A stretch of DNA of 32,000 nt from Candidatus Arthromitus sp. SFB-rat-Yit (GCF_000283555.1 NC_016012.1:330001-362000), one strand, 5' to 3'. Counted from the stretch's first letter, positions 1-9,656 are shown. Numbers and translations are program-made. The notes: generated by a model from the sequence alone, not told the origin.

Positions 1-5
1 GGGTT

Positions 6-503
6 TTGGTTGATATTTATGGGATTGGTATTTTGATTACGGGAGATAGCGGTATTGGTAAGAGTGAAACTGCTTTGGAACTTATAAAAAGAGGTCATAG
101 GATGATTTCTGATGATGCTGTTGATTTTCGGGAGATTGATAGGGAGATAATAGGGTATTGTCCTAGTATAACTTTTGGAATGCTTGAAGTTCGTGGGGTT
201 GGGATAATAGATATCACAGCTCTATATGGGTTATCTTCTGTTCTTGAAAGTAAGAAGCTTGATTTAATAATAGAACTTGAGCATTGGAAAGATGATGATT
301 CTTATGATAGACTTGGCATTGATAATTTATATAAAGAAATTTTAGGTGTTAAGGTAAAACTCGTACGTATACCAATACGTCCTGGAAGGAATGTATCTGT
401 TCTTGTTGAAGCTGCTGCTGCAAGTCATAGATATAAATTGACTGGTAGACTACCTGCAATAGATGTTATAGGCGAGAGAATGAAAAAAATTAGTCAAAAC
501 TAG
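6..503 (+). CDS. hprK: HPr kinase/phosphorylase, C-terminal catalytic part (5' end outside window)
   Basis: P-loop GDSGIGKSETALELIKRGH, then the SDDAV and EVRGVGIID motifs and C-terminal IPIRPGRNVSVLVEAAA, all typical of HprK. The TTG at position 6 is internal; the gene is truncated by the window edge. Confidence 0.95.
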   Translation: MVDIYGIGILITGDSGIGKSETALELIKRGHRMISDDAVDFREIDREIIGYCPSITFGMLEVRGVGIIDITALYGLSSVLESKKLDLIIELEHWKDDDSYDRLGIDNLYKEILGVKVKLVRIPIRPGRNVSVLVEAAAASHRYKLTGRLPAIDVIGERMKKISQN

Positions 504-570
504 ATTACGCATTTAATTTATTTAATAAGAGATACTAACTTATATAAATTATTTAAGTTGGTGATTTATT

Positions 571-1500
571 TTGATCGTATATAATATTTCAAAGCTTTTT
601 AAAGAAGAAGAAGAGTATGATCTTAATAAGTATTTATATTGGTTTATTTTAAGTGAGAATGAAATCTCATCAATACCTTTTGAACTTGATATGGAGTGTA
701 TATTTGATTCAAATTCAGCTAGGGGTTTTTCTCAAATTAATTTTTATAATGAATATACATTTATTGCTCTGGATGTGTTAGAATTTAACAATGATATATT
801 GAGTTTTGAGGATCTTAATATATTTTTCGGTAAAAATTATATTATAACAGTACATAAAAGTAAATTAGATGTTATAGATGAATTAATTCTTGATTTAAGG
901 GAAAATAAGAATTGTTTTGTTGTTAAAAATAATCCTAAAATATCAACACTTTTATATATGATAATAGACAGGGTAATACTTAAGAATTATTCAACAATAA
1001 GTTCTATAAGTTCGAAGTGTGATAAAATTGAGATAAGTATATTAAAAGAAGATTCTCGGAGGAATTTTGAGGAATTGGTTCGTCTTAGAGGTCAAGTATA
1101 TAGAGTTAAGAAATATTTATACCCTCTTAGATATATTGGTGATTCTTTAATATTAAATGAGAATGGTATTATAGATGGAAATGATATTATACTATTTGAG
1201 AGAATAAATGAAAAATTTCAAAAGCTTATGGGAGCAATTGAAAGTTTGAATCAACAATTATCACTTGTTAGAGAGGCGTATGAATCTGAGCTTTCAAATA
1301 AGACAAATCAACTTATGAAGGTTTTTACACTTGTTGCATCTATTTTTCTTCCTCTTGATTTACTTACAAGTTTTTTTGGGATGAGTTTTGAGATTATGCC
1401 ACTTAGGCATTCTTGTTATTCTATACATATAGTTATTTTTGTAATGATTATAATTGTATGTTTACTTATAATTTTGTTTAAAAAGAAAGATTGGTTATAA
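571..1500 (+). CDS. CorA-like magnesium/divalent cation transporter with variant GMS motif
   Basis: 309 aa, TTG start. CorA-like coiled-coil region, then TM1 ending FFGMSFEIMP, TM2 and a basic C-terminus (KKKDWL). Confidence 0.82.
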   Translation: MIVYNISKLFKEEEEYDLNKYLYWFILSENEISSIPFELDMECIFDSNSARGFSQINFYNEYTFIALDVLEFNNDILSFEDLNIFFGKNYIITVHKSKLDVIDELILDLRENKNCFVVKNNPKISTLLYMIIDRVILKNYSTISSISSKCDKIEISILKEDSRRNFEELVRLRGQVYRVKKYLYPLRYIGDSLILNENGIIDGNDIILFERINEKFQKLMGAIESLNQQLSLVREAYESELSNKTNQLMKVFTLVASIFLPLDLLTSFFGMSFEIMPLRHSCYSIHIVIFVMIIIVCLLIILFKKKDWL

Positions 1501-1527
1501 AAATTTTTAAATATTAAGGGGTGTATT

Positions 1528-2925
1528 ATGACAGATAAAATTTCATCTAAGATTACATGGGAAAATTATAGTGGTGAAAACTTATTGGAACTTGAGGAAT
1601 TATGTAATGGATATAAGAGTTTTATAAGTTCAAATAAAACAGAGAGAGAATGTGTTAATTATTTTATTAATGAGTGTATTAAACATAATTTTAAGGATTT
1701 AAGAGAGGTAATAGAAAGAGGAGAAAAACTTAAAAAAGGAGATAGGGTTTATTATTCAAAAATGGATAAAACTCTTATTTTAGCTATAATTGGTGAGGAA
1801 AATTTAGAAAATGGTTTTAATATAATAGGTTCTCATATTGATGCTCCTAGAGTTGATATAAAACAATCTCCGGTATATGAAGTGGATGGATTATGTTATT
1901 TTGATACTCATTATTATGGAGGTATTAAAAAGTATCATTGGGTTGCACGTCCTATGTGTTTAAAAGGTGTAGTAATAAAGAGTAATGGAGATAAGGTTAC
2001 TATAGATATAGGTGATGGGGAAAATGATCCATATATTGGATTTTCTGACCTGTTACCGCATCTCTGGAAAGATCAAGCAATGAAAAAAGGTGTTGATGTT
2101 ATTGAAGGAGAGCAGTTGAATTTGCTTGTAGGTTCTAAGCCTTCAAATTCAGAAAAAAATAAGGTTAAGAATGCCATATTATCAATATTAAATGAAAAAT
2201 ATGGTATATATGAAGAGGATTTAATTTCTTCAGAATTAGAGGCTGTACCAGCTGGACCTGCTAAAGATTATGGTTTAGATAGAAGTATGATAATTGGATA
2301 TGGTCAAGATGATAGAGTTTGTGCATTTACTTCATTTATGGCCATGCTTAGAATAAATGAAATGCCAAAAAGAACAAGTGTATGTATACTAGTTGATAAG
2401 GAAGAAATTGGTAGTACTGGTGCAACTGGAATGGATTCAAAATTATTTGAAAATTTTTCAGCTGAAATTTTAAATTGTTGTTTAGATAATTATTCGGATT
2501 TAATTTTGAGGAGAGCTTTAGATAGATCATATATGTTGTCTGCTGATGTTACATGTGCATATGATGCAAACTTCCCAAATGAAACTCCTAAGCAGAGTAC
2601 TGCATTTTTTGGAAAAGGAGTTGCAATATCTAAGTATACAGGTTCAAGAGGGAAAAGTGGATGTAACGATGCGAATCCTGAGTTTTTAGGGAAATTAAGA
2701 AATATATTTAATAAGGAAGGGGTTTATTATCAAGTAGGTGAACTTGGTAAAGTTGATCAAGGAGGAGGCGGAACAATAGCATATTTCTTATCTAGATATG
2801 GTATGGAAGTTGTGGATATTGGAGTTCCACTACAAAATATGCATGCTCCTTTTGAAGTCGCATCAAAAGCTGATATTTATGAAGCATATAGAGCGTATAG
2901 AACATTTTATAGAGATTTGGTATAA
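1528..2925 (+). CDS. M18 family aminopeptidase (aminopeptidase I, zinc metalloprotease)
   Basis: 465 aa, RBS upstream. Motifs IIGSHIDAPRVDIKQ, YYGGIKKYHW, IIGYGQDDRVCAFTS, DKEEIGSTGATGMDS, AYDANFPN and GVPLQNMHAPFEV match the M18 family. Confidence 0.93.
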   Translation: MTDKISSKITWENYSGENLLELEELCNGYKSFISSNKTERECVNYFINECIKHNFKDLREVIERGEKLKKGDRVYYSKMDKTLILAIIGEENLENGFNIIGSHIDAPRVDIKQSPVYEVDGLCYFDTHYYGGIKKYHWVARPMCLKGVVIKSNGDKVTIDIGDGENDPYIGFSDLLPHLWKDQAMKKGVDVIEGEQLNLLVGSKPSNSEKNKVKNAILSILNEKYGIYEEDLISSELEAVPAGPAKDYGLDRSMIIGYGQDDRVCAFTSFMAMLRINEMPKRTSVCILVDKEEIGSTGATGMDSKLFENFSAEILNCCLDNYSDLILRRALDRSYMLSADVTCAYDANFPNETPKQSTAFFGKGVAISKYTGSRGKSGCNDANPEFLGKLRNIFNKEGVYYQVGELGKVDQGGGGTIAYFLSRYGMEVVDIGVPLQNMHAPFEVASKADIYEAYRAYRTFYRDLV

Positions 2926-2931
2926 ATTTTT

Positions 2932-2968
2932 AGAGGGTAATTTTAGGAATTACCCTCTATTTTTATAT
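2932..2968 (+). terminator. Intrinsic terminator after M18 aminopeptidase
   Basis: Perfect 11-bp stem AGAGGGTAATT / AATTACCCTCT with 5-nt loop TTAGG, followed by ATTTTTATATTT. Confidence 0.75.
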
Positions 2969-3094
2969 TTTATTACAAATTTGTAATAATTATTAAATTC
3001 TTGAAAACTATTAAAAAATATGCTAAAATGTTAATAATAATAAAACATATTTAAATTCATATTAATAAATTGAATAGATTTAGGAGGGGTGTAG

Positions 3095-5404
3095 TTGGCT
3101 AGCAATAAAAAATCTAAAAATCTAAGAAAAGGAATTGCAACTACTACAGCTGTAGCAAGCGCTGTTTTACAGGCAGGGGTAGTTGCAGGTGCTACTGTTT
3201 CGTCTGGCAATCAAGCTAATCAGAATCAATTGACTCAAGATCAAAACAACCAGAATCAAACAAATCAAAATCAAGTAAGTCAAGACCAAGTAGTTAATAA
3301 TCAATTGACTCAAAATCAAGTTAATAAAACAGATTCTAATTATCCTGAAGTACCTTATTTTTATTATTGGACTACTGGGGATAGAGTTTATATAAATTGG
3401 GATTATGGTCATATAGCCAATAGACCTAGTAAAATCGAGGCTGTAATAGATAAGGATAGTAATTTTTTAAATCCAGGATACATAGAGGTTAAACCTAAAG
3501 GAGCAGAATTTACACCTAATATTCAAGGTGATTTTTATTTAAGAGTAAGATTTTTTGACTCAAAAGGAAGTGTGACTCATGAGAGTATTAGAAAAGTTTC
3601 TAGAAATTCAACTGAAACAAGAGATATAAGAGGTTTAAAATATGAGTTCGTAGGAGCGGGTGTAAAATTAAGTTGGGCAAATTTTGTTGATGGTATTAAA
3701 TCTGTAAGAATATCTGTTGATGGAAAAGCTTATAAGGATTTAACAGCATCAGATGTAAGCTCGAACTCATATATTGTTGAAAATGTTAAAGATGGGTCAG
3801 AAATAAAGATCACTATTATAAACGGGAATGGGCTTGAGTATAACGGATCTGTTATTGTAAAAGAAGGTGCAATTCAACAATCTTCAGTTATGAAATTGGG
3901 ATTAAGCAGTGATTTAGTAGGTATAAATGTAGATTTATCTAATTCTAACTTTAAGAGCGGAAATGAGTTTTTAGTTGATGTAGTCGAAAAAAATGGGAAT
4001 ACACCTGTAGTTTCTCAGTATTCGGTTGTTTTAAGTGAAGATAGTGGTTCATTTAATATATATCCAGATACTGGAAAAACTTTATTTAGTGGTGAATATT
4101 CTGTTAAAATAAAAGACGTTAAGACAGGAAATGTTTATACATACGATTATACTCATAGATTACATAATCTTTCTAATTTTGTATATTCATCTAATAATGG
4201 AGAAGTAGTAGCCTCTTGGAATAAGTTAGAACCTATGGTATATAGTGATATTGTTTGGAGTACATCAGAAGATTTTTCAAACTACAATACTGTAGAAGTT
4301 TTGGAAGGTAGAAGTGGGGTTAAGTTTAATACGGATGTAAAAACTGGTAATATTTATTTGTTACTTACAACCTATGACAAGGATAAAAGAGTACTTTCTC
4401 AAAATTATGGTGTTTTAGATATGTCACAGGTAAGATCTCAAATTAATAATTTTAAAGCATATTATAAAACTAATAATACTGTAGAGTTTACTTGGGATAA
4501 GGTAAATGCAAATATACAAAAGGCTATGATAATGGTTAATGATAATGCATTTGTTTTATCTGGAGCAGAGATAGGGATTCTAAATAGTACAAATACGTTA
4601 ACAGTAGGAGGATTTGAGAAGGGTAATAAATATGATGTTACTTTGTATTTAATAGATGAAGAAGGAAAATCATATTCAGCATCTACTTCTTCTATAAGTG
4701 AATCTTCAGACTCTCAATCATCTAATGTAATTTTAGTTGCCCCAAATGGAATTAGTGGTAAGTATATATTAAATCCAGGAGTATTGTCTTTATTATTAGA
4801 TCAAAATATTTATGATATTTCACAAAATTCTGCAATTTCTATAACAATAGATGGAAAAGATATATCAAGTTTAATGCCAGTATTTGTTAAAGAAACAAAT
4901 GCAATCAATATAAGAGGATTAGTTCCAGGAAAGACTTATAATAATATTGTTATCGAGTATATGGATAGTAAAGGAGAAACCAAATCTATAAAGATAGATT
5001 CTCTTTTAATTAGTAAGGGAGGAAATCTAGATTCATTCCTTATCAATGCGTATAATAGAGCTTTAAGTCGTGAAACTCAAAATATTGATGAAGAAGGATA
5101 TAACTATTGGAAGAACGGACTTTTAAGTAAAAATATAAGCTTGAGTTATTTTATAAAGAATTTAGGATATGTACCTGAATTTATGGACTTAGTGAAATCA
5201 CCTCAAGAATTAGTTACAAGACTCTATAATGTATTAGTTTTGAGAGATCCAGAACCTCAAGGTCTTCAATTCTGGGTAAATGTATATAATGAGTTAATTG
5301 CAAATGGAGTTTCTCATACGGAATCAGTTACGAAGATACTCAGTGATATGACAACAAGCAATGAATTTGCAGATCTTGCTGCAAGGATTGGTGTAAATCC
5401 GTAA
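3095..5404 (+). CDS. Large secreted/surface protein: signal peptide, N/Q-rich linker, Fn3/Ig-like modules, C-terminal DUF4214-like domain
   Basis: 769 aa, TTG start 4 nt after AGGAGGGGTG. Basic N-terminus plus hydrophobic Ala/Val-rich segment. NQANQNQLTQDQNNQNQTNQNQVSQDQ linker. C-terminus AYNRALSRE...GYNYWKNGL...ELVTRLYNVLVLRDPEPQGLQFWVN...SNEFADL has DUF4214 character. Confidence 0.8.
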   Translation: MASNKKSKNLRKGIATTTAVASAVLQAGVVAGATVSSGNQANQNQLTQDQNNQNQTNQNQVSQDQVVNNQLTQNQVNKTDSNYPEVPYFYYWTTGDRVYINWDYGHIANRPSKIEAVIDKDSNFLNPGYIEVKPKGAEFTPNIQGDFYLRVRFFDSKGSVTHESIRKVSRNSTETRDIRGLKYEFVGAGVKLSWANFVDGIKSVRISVDGKAYKDLTASDVSSNSYIVENVKDGSEIKITIINGNGLEYNGSVIVKEGAIQQSSVMKLGLSSDLVGINVDLSNSNFKSGNEFLVDVVEKNGNTPVVSQYSVVLSEDSGSFNIYPDTGKTLFSGEYSVKIKDVKTGNVYTYDYTHRLHNLSNFVYSSNNGEVVASWNKLEPMVYSDIVWSTSEDFSNYNTVEVLEGRSGVKFNTDVKTGNIYLLLTTYDKDKRVLSQNYGVLDMSQVRSQINNFKAYYKTNNTVEFTWDKVNANIQKAMIMVNDNAFVLSGAEIGILNSTNTLTVGGFEKGNKYDVTLYLIDEEGKSYSASTSSISESSDSQSSNVILVAPNGISGKYILNPGVLSLLLDQNIYDISQNSAISITIDGKDISSLMPVFVKETNAINIRGLVPGKTYNNIVIEYMDSKGETKSIKIDSLLISKGGNLDSFLINAYNRALSRETQNIDEEGYNYWKNGLLSKNISLSYFIKNLGYVPEFMDLVKSPQELVTRLYNVLVLRDPEPQGLQFWVNVYNELIANGVSHTESVTKILSDMTTSNEFADLAARIGVNP
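3211..3330 (+). repeat. Degenerate low-complexity Asn/Gln-codon repeat region
   Basis: Repeated AATCAA/CAAAAT-type codon blocks. The 12-mer CAATTGACTCAA occurs at 3227 and 3302. Confidence 0.6.
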
Positions 5405-5445
5405 AAAATTAACTTGTTGAATGAAATGGAATATTAATTTATTAT

Positions 5446-5480
5446 AAAGATAGAGAGTAATTCTCTATCTTTGTTTTTTT
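5446..5480 (+). terminator. Intrinsic terminator after the DUF4214-like protein gene
   Basis: Perfect 11-bp stem AAAGATAGAGA / TCTCTATCTTT, loop GTAAT, followed by GTTTTTTT. Confidence 0.85.
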
Positions 5481-5503
5481 AGAATTTTTTAGGAGTGTGA
5501 TGT

Positions 5504-6259
5504 ATGAAAAAAATATTAGCATCAGATTTAGATGGTACACTTGTGTTTGGAAGTAAAATTTATAATTTTGATAAAGAAAGTATATTAAAAATGAAAAAAC
5601 ATGGTTATTTATTTGGTATTTCAACAGGGAGACCTTATAATGGAGTTAAATTTATTTGTGATAATTATAATATAGAGCCAGATTTTTATGTTTTATTGAA
5701 TGGGGCATTAGTTATTAATAAGGGAAACTCAGTACTAAAGCATGAAGGTATACCTTATAAAATAGTGAAAGAGATTTACTCTAAATATAAAAATTATAAT
5801 TTTATTGGGATTGATAATGGATATGAGAGTATAACATTGAAGGGAGATAATACTTATTATTGGGATTTTGTGAGACATGGGACAATTGATGAATTAGAGG
5901 ATAATAAAAATTCTTTAATATCGATAAATTTTTCGAACATATCTGTTGAGGAAATTGATGAAATATGTAACAATGTAAATAGTGAGTTTGGGGATGAGAT
6001 CATAGCATTTAGAAATTTAAATTTTATAGATATTGTACCTAAGGGATGCTCTAAAGGAAATGGAGTTAAGTTGATTTTAGAAGAACTTGGGATGAATAAA
6101 GATAATTTATATGTTATTGGAGATTCTTACAATGATATTAGTATGTTTAATGAAACAAACAATTCATTTACATTTAATAGAGTTGAGAAGAATTTAAAAA
6201 GTTATGCAAATTTTTTAGTTGATTCAGTTAGTGAATGTATAGAACAGTATATTTTATAA
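5504..6259 (+). CDS. Cof-type HAD-IIB family hydrolase
   Basis: 251 aa. Starts LASDLDGTLVFGSK; contains SKGNGVKLILEELG and VIGDSYNDISMF motifs. Confidence 0.9.
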   Translation: MKKILASDLDGTLVFGSKIYNFDKESILKMKKHGYLFGISTGRPYNGVKFICDNYNIEPDFYVLLNGALVINKGNSVLKHEGIPYKIVKEIYSKYKNYNFIGIDNGYESITLKGDNTYYWDFVRHGTIDELEDNKNSLISINFSNISVEEIDEICNNVNSEFGDEIIAFRNLNFIDIVPKGCSKGNGVKLILEELGMNKDNLYVIGDSYNDISMFNETNNSFTFNRVEKNLKSYANFLVDSVSECIEQYIL

Positions 6260-6442
6260 TTGTTATAAAAAGTAAAATTTATTATGTTAATGTAAATATA
6301 ATTTAAATATAAAAATTACATTTACCGAAAAAAATATTATTAGGATATTTATTGTGTATTTTGGGAATAAAAATATTATAAATATTTTAATTAATTTTTA
6401 AAAACAGTTTCACATTTTATTTTTAAAAATTTTGGATAAGTG

Positions 6443-6472
6443 TTGCTTGGAGAAAACGTTTTCTAGTATAAT
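6443..6472 (+). promoter_or_regulatory. Sigma-A-like promoter for the PTS operon
   Basis: TTGCTT (6443-6448), 18-nt spacer, TATAAT (6467-6472), about 38 nt upstream of the IIAB start codon. Confidence 0.6.
6451..6464 (+). promoter_or_regulatory. Candidate catabolite response element (cre, CcpA site)
   Basis: Perfect 14-bp palindrome AGAAAACGTTTTCT with a central CG, similar to cre consensus TGWAARCGYTWWCA-type sites, lying inside the -35/-10 spacer. Confidence 0.6.
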
Positions 6473-6509
6473 GTATGTAACGTTATGTAAAAATTAAGGG
6501 GGAATTAAC

Positions 6510-7481
6510 TTGGTAGGAATTATTCTTGCTAGTCATGGTAAATTCGCTGATGGTATTTTACAATCTGGATCAATGATTTTCGGAGATCAAGAAAATGTAG
6601 AATCTGTTATATTATTACCAAACGAAGGACCTGATGATATAAAGCTAAAGATGGAAAATGCTATTAGTAGAATGGATAATAAAGATGAAATATTATTTTT
6701 AGTCGATATGTGGGGAGGAACGCCATTTAATCAAGCAAATAAATTAGTTAGTGAAAATAAAGGTAAGTGGGCTATAGTTACAGGTTTAAACTTACCTATG
6801 TTAATTGAAGCATATGCTTCTCGATTATCGATGGAAACTGCTTATGATATTGCAAAACATATATTATCTGAATCAAAGGAAGGAATAAAAATTCTTCCAG
6901 AAGAGTTAGAAGAGAAAATTGGAAAGAAACAATCTATCAATAAGATGGTAAATGTAAATTTAGATACTGGTAAGAGGATAGAGTATGTTTTAGCTAGGAT
7001 AGATACTAGGTTATTACATGGACAAGTTGCTACATCTTGGACTAAATCAGTTAATCCAAACAGAATTATAGTTGTATCTGATAATGTTTCTAAAGATGAT
7101 TTAAGAAAAAAAATGATTGAACAAGCTGCTCCTCCAGGAGTTAAAGCTCATGTTGTTCCAATTGATAAAATGGTTCAAGTTGATAAAGATACCAGATTTG
7201 GAAATACCCGAGCTATGCTTCTATTTGAAAGTGCAATTGATGCATTAAAAGCAGTTGAAAGTGGAGTTAATATAAAAGAGATTAACTTAGGTTCAATTGC
7301 ACATTCAATAGGTAAGGTAGTTGTAAATAGAGCAATAGCTATGGGAAAAGACGATATTGAGGCAATCGAAAAACTAATTTCTCTTGGTATAAAATTTAAT
7401 GTAAAGAAGGTACCTAGTGATTCTAGTGAAAATATAAATAATCTTTTAAAGAAAGCAAAATCAGAATTATCAAATAATTAG
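6510..7481 (+). CDS. manX: PTS system mannose-family EIIAB component
   Basis: 323 aa, TTG start. EIIA part IILASHGKFADGILQSG and FLVDMWGGTPFNQA; EIIB part RIDTRLLHGQVATSWTKSVNPNRIIVVSD. Confidence 0.92.
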   Translation: MVGIILASHGKFADGILQSGSMIFGDQENVESVILLPNEGPDDIKLKMENAISRMDNKDEILFLVDMWGGTPFNQANKLVSENKGKWAIVTGLNLPMLIEAYASRLSMETAYDIAKHILSESKEGIKILPEELEEKIGKKQSINKMVNVNLDTGKRIEYVLARIDTRLLHGQVATSWTKSVNPNRIIVVSDNVSKDDLRKKMIEQAAPPGVKAHVVPIDKMVQVDKDTRFGNTRAMLLFESAIDALKAVESGVNIKEINLGSIAHSIGKVVVNRAIAMGKDDIEAIEKLISLGIKFNVKKVPSDSSENINNLLKKAKSELSNN

Positions 7482-7495
7482 AGGAGGAATGATTA

Positions 7496-8308
7496 ATGTC
7501 TGCCATTACTATAGTTTTAATTATTATAATAGCATTACTTGCTGGTATGGAGGGTATTCTTGATGAATTTCAGTTTCATCAACCACTAGTAGTTTGTACA
7601 TTAATAGGTTTAGTAAGTGGTCATTTGACAGAAGGTATTATCTTGGGAGGATCGCTTCAAATGATAGCACTTGGATGGGCAAATATTGGAGCCGCAGTAG
7701 CACCAGATGCTGCACTTGCATCAGTTGCATCATCTATACTAATGGTTTTAGGTCTTCAAAATAGAGCAGTAGATACTCAAACTGTAATCTCAACATCTAT
7801 TGCTGTTGCTATACCATTATCAGTTGCAGGATTATTCCTTACAATGCTTTGCAGAACGATAACAATCCCAATAGTTCACTTTATGGATAAAGCTGCCGAA
7901 AAAGGTAAAATAAGGGTAATAGAGGCTTGGCAAATTGTGAGTATATTTTTACAAGGTATACGTATAGCAATACCTGCAGCAGCACTTTGTATTATACCAG
8001 CATCAGTTGTAACAGATGCCTTGAGTGCGATGCCAAGTTGGTTATCAACAGGTATGGCAATTGGTGGAGGAATGGTAGCAGCAGTTGGTTATGCTATGGT
8101 AATTAATATGATGTCAACTAAAGAAACTTGGGCATTCTTTATATTAGGATTTGTTCTTGCAGCAATAGGACAATTAACATTAATTGCTTTAGGTGCTATC
8201 GGACTTGCATTAGCAATTATATATTTAACGCTAAAAGAGAATTCAGGAAATGGTAGAGGTGGAACTGGTTCAGGTGATCCACTTGGAGATATTTTAAATG
8301 ATTATTAA
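7496..8308 (+). CDS. manY: PTS system mannose-family EIIC component
   Basis: 270 aa polytopic protein; DEFQFHQPLVVCTLIGLVSGHLTEGIILGGSLQMIALGWANIGAAVAPDAALASVAS is characteristic. Confidence 0.93.
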   Translation: MSAITIVLIIIIALLAGMEGILDEFQFHQPLVVCTLIGLVSGHLTEGIILGGSLQMIALGWANIGAAVAPDAALASVASSILMVLGLQNRAVDTQTVISTSIAVAIPLSVAGLFLTMLCRTITIPIVHFMDKAAEKGKIRVIEAWQIVSIFLQGIRIAIPAAALCIIPASVVTDALSAMPSWLSTGMAIGGGMVAAVGYAMVINMMSTKETWAFFILGFVLAAIGQLTLIALGAIGLALAIIYLTLKENSGNGRGGTGSGDPLGDILNDY

Positions 8309-8331
8309 AATTTTAATGGAGGATATAAGTA

Positions 8332-9249
8332 ATGCAAGAGAAAATTAAATTATCGAAAAAAGATCGTATAAGTGTTGCTTGGCGTCACCAGTTTCTTCAG
8401 GGTTCTTGGAACTATGAGCGTATGCAAAATGGAGGATGGTGTTATTCTATAATTCCTGCCATAAAGAAACTTTATAAAACTGATGAGGAGAGAGCAGCCG
8501 CATTAAAAAGACATTTAGAATTCTATAATACACATCCGTATGTATCTGCACCAGTTATGGGTGTAACTCTTGCTCTGGAAGAGGAGAGAGCAAATGGAGC
8601 GGATGTTAATGATCAGTCTATACAAGGTGTTAAAATCGGTATGATGGGACCACTTGCAGGCGTTGGTGATCCAATATTCTGGTTTACTTTACGTCCTATA
8701 CTTGGAGCTTTGGGAGCATCACTAGCATTAAGTGGGAATATTGTAGGTCCATTAATATTCTTCTTTGTTTGGAATATTATTCGTATGGGATTTTTGTGGT
8801 ATACTCAAGAGTTTGGATATAAGGTTGGAAACTCGATAGCAAAAGATTTATCAGGAGGACTTTTAAGAAATATTACTCAAGGTGCATCTATATTGGGTAT
8901 GTTTATTATTGGTGCTCTCGTACAAAGATGGGTTAGTATTTCGTTTACACCAGTAGTATCTAGAGTTACGCAGCAAGAAGGTGCGTATATTGACTGGAGT
9001 AAAATACAATCTGGTGCTGAAGGTATAAAGAGTGCATTAGAACAGTATAGTTCTTTGGGTGTAAATGGATTAAATATTGAGAAAGTTACAACTTTACAAC
9101 AAAACTTGGATCAATTAATACCAGGTCTTGCAGCATTATTGCTAACTCTCTTATGTTGCTTTTTACTTAAAAAGAAAGTTTCTCCTATAGTAATAATAGT
9201 TGCTTTATTTGTAGTGGGTATAGTTGCACATTTACTTAACATTATGTAG
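8332..9249 (+). CDS. manZ: PTS system mannose-family EIID component
   Basis: 305 aa; LQGSWNYERMQNGGWCYSIIPAIKKLY, HPYVSAPVMGVTLALEEE and GPLAGVGDPIFWFTLRPILGALGASLAL. Confidence 0.94.
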   Translation: MQEKIKLSKKDRISVAWRHQFLQGSWNYERMQNGGWCYSIIPAIKKLYKTDEERAAALKRHLEFYNTHPYVSAPVMGVTLALEEERANGADVNDQSIQGVKIGMMGPLAGVGDPIFWFTLRPILGALGASLALSGNIVGPLIFFFVWNIIRMGFLWYTQEFGYKVGNSIAKDLSGGLLRNITQGASILGMFIIGALVQRWVSISFTPVVSRVTQQEGAYIDWSKIQSGAEGIKSALEQYSSLGVNGLNIEKVTTLQQNLDQLIPGLAALLLTLLCCFLLKKKVSPIVIIVALFVVGIVAHLLNIM

Positions 9250-9281
9250 TAATGTAGTGCAATTTATTTAGGAGAGTATAT

Positions 9282-9656
9282 ATGATTACATCATTAAACA
9301 CAAAAGTAGATTTAACAATAAAAGGGGTATCTTACATTAACGTTCCTAGTTATGGGAATATTATGATTGGGAATAAATCGTTTGAATTTTATAATGAAAG
9401 GAACGTTAAGGATAATATACAGATTCCTTGGGGAGAGATAAGTCACATAGTTGCGTCTGTAAAATTTAATGGTAAATGGATACCGAGATTTATCATTGTA
9501 ACTCGTAAAAATGGTATGTTTACTTTTTCATCAAGGAACAATAGGTTGCTTTTGAGAGAAATCAGTAAGTATGTTGACAAAGATCATATGTTTAGATCTC
9601 TTGGATTTTTCAAATCTGTGATTAGTGGTTTTAAAAAAGTATTTAAAAAGAAATAG
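9282..9656 (+). CDS. manO: DUF956 family protein (ManO-like), mannose PTS-associated
   Basis: 124 aa directly downstream of EIID; KGVSYINVPSYGNIMIGNKSFEFYN...IQIPWGEISHIVASVKFNGKWIPRF. Confidence 0.85.
   Translation: MITSLNTKVDLTIKGVSYINVPSYGNIMIGNKSFEFYNERNVKDNIQIPWGEISHIVASVKFNGKWIPRFIIVTRKNGMFTFSSRNNRLLLREISKYVDKDHMFRSLGFFKSVISGFKKVFKKK

Noticed and set aside
2348-2530. Short antisense ORFs (also 3167-3412, 14377-14586, 15909-16100, 20804-20992, 21008-21223, 22976-23293, 27501-27704, 29197-29487, 29288-29494, 30294-30515)
   Set aside because: All are fully antisense to strongly supported genes, with no RBS or recognisable domains; expected by chance in AT-rich coding sequence.
2798-2986. 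Short + strand ORFs overlapping gene ends or antisense to real genes (also 5442-5624, 16437-16640, 17840-18025, 18209-18394)
   Set aside because: Out-of-frame or antisense shadows of the M18, HAD, DUF368 and MFS genes; some include terminator sequence.
6252-6270. Hairpin TTTTATAA-TTG-TTATAAAA after the HAD hydrolase gene
   Set aside because: All A/T stem with no T tract; too weak to call a terminator.
6432-6448. Possible sigma-54 promoter (TTGGATAAGTGTTGCTT) upstream of the PTS operon
   Set aside because: GG-to-GC spacing is 9 nt instead of the required 10 and no LevR-like activator is adjacent; the overlapping sigma-A promoter fits better.
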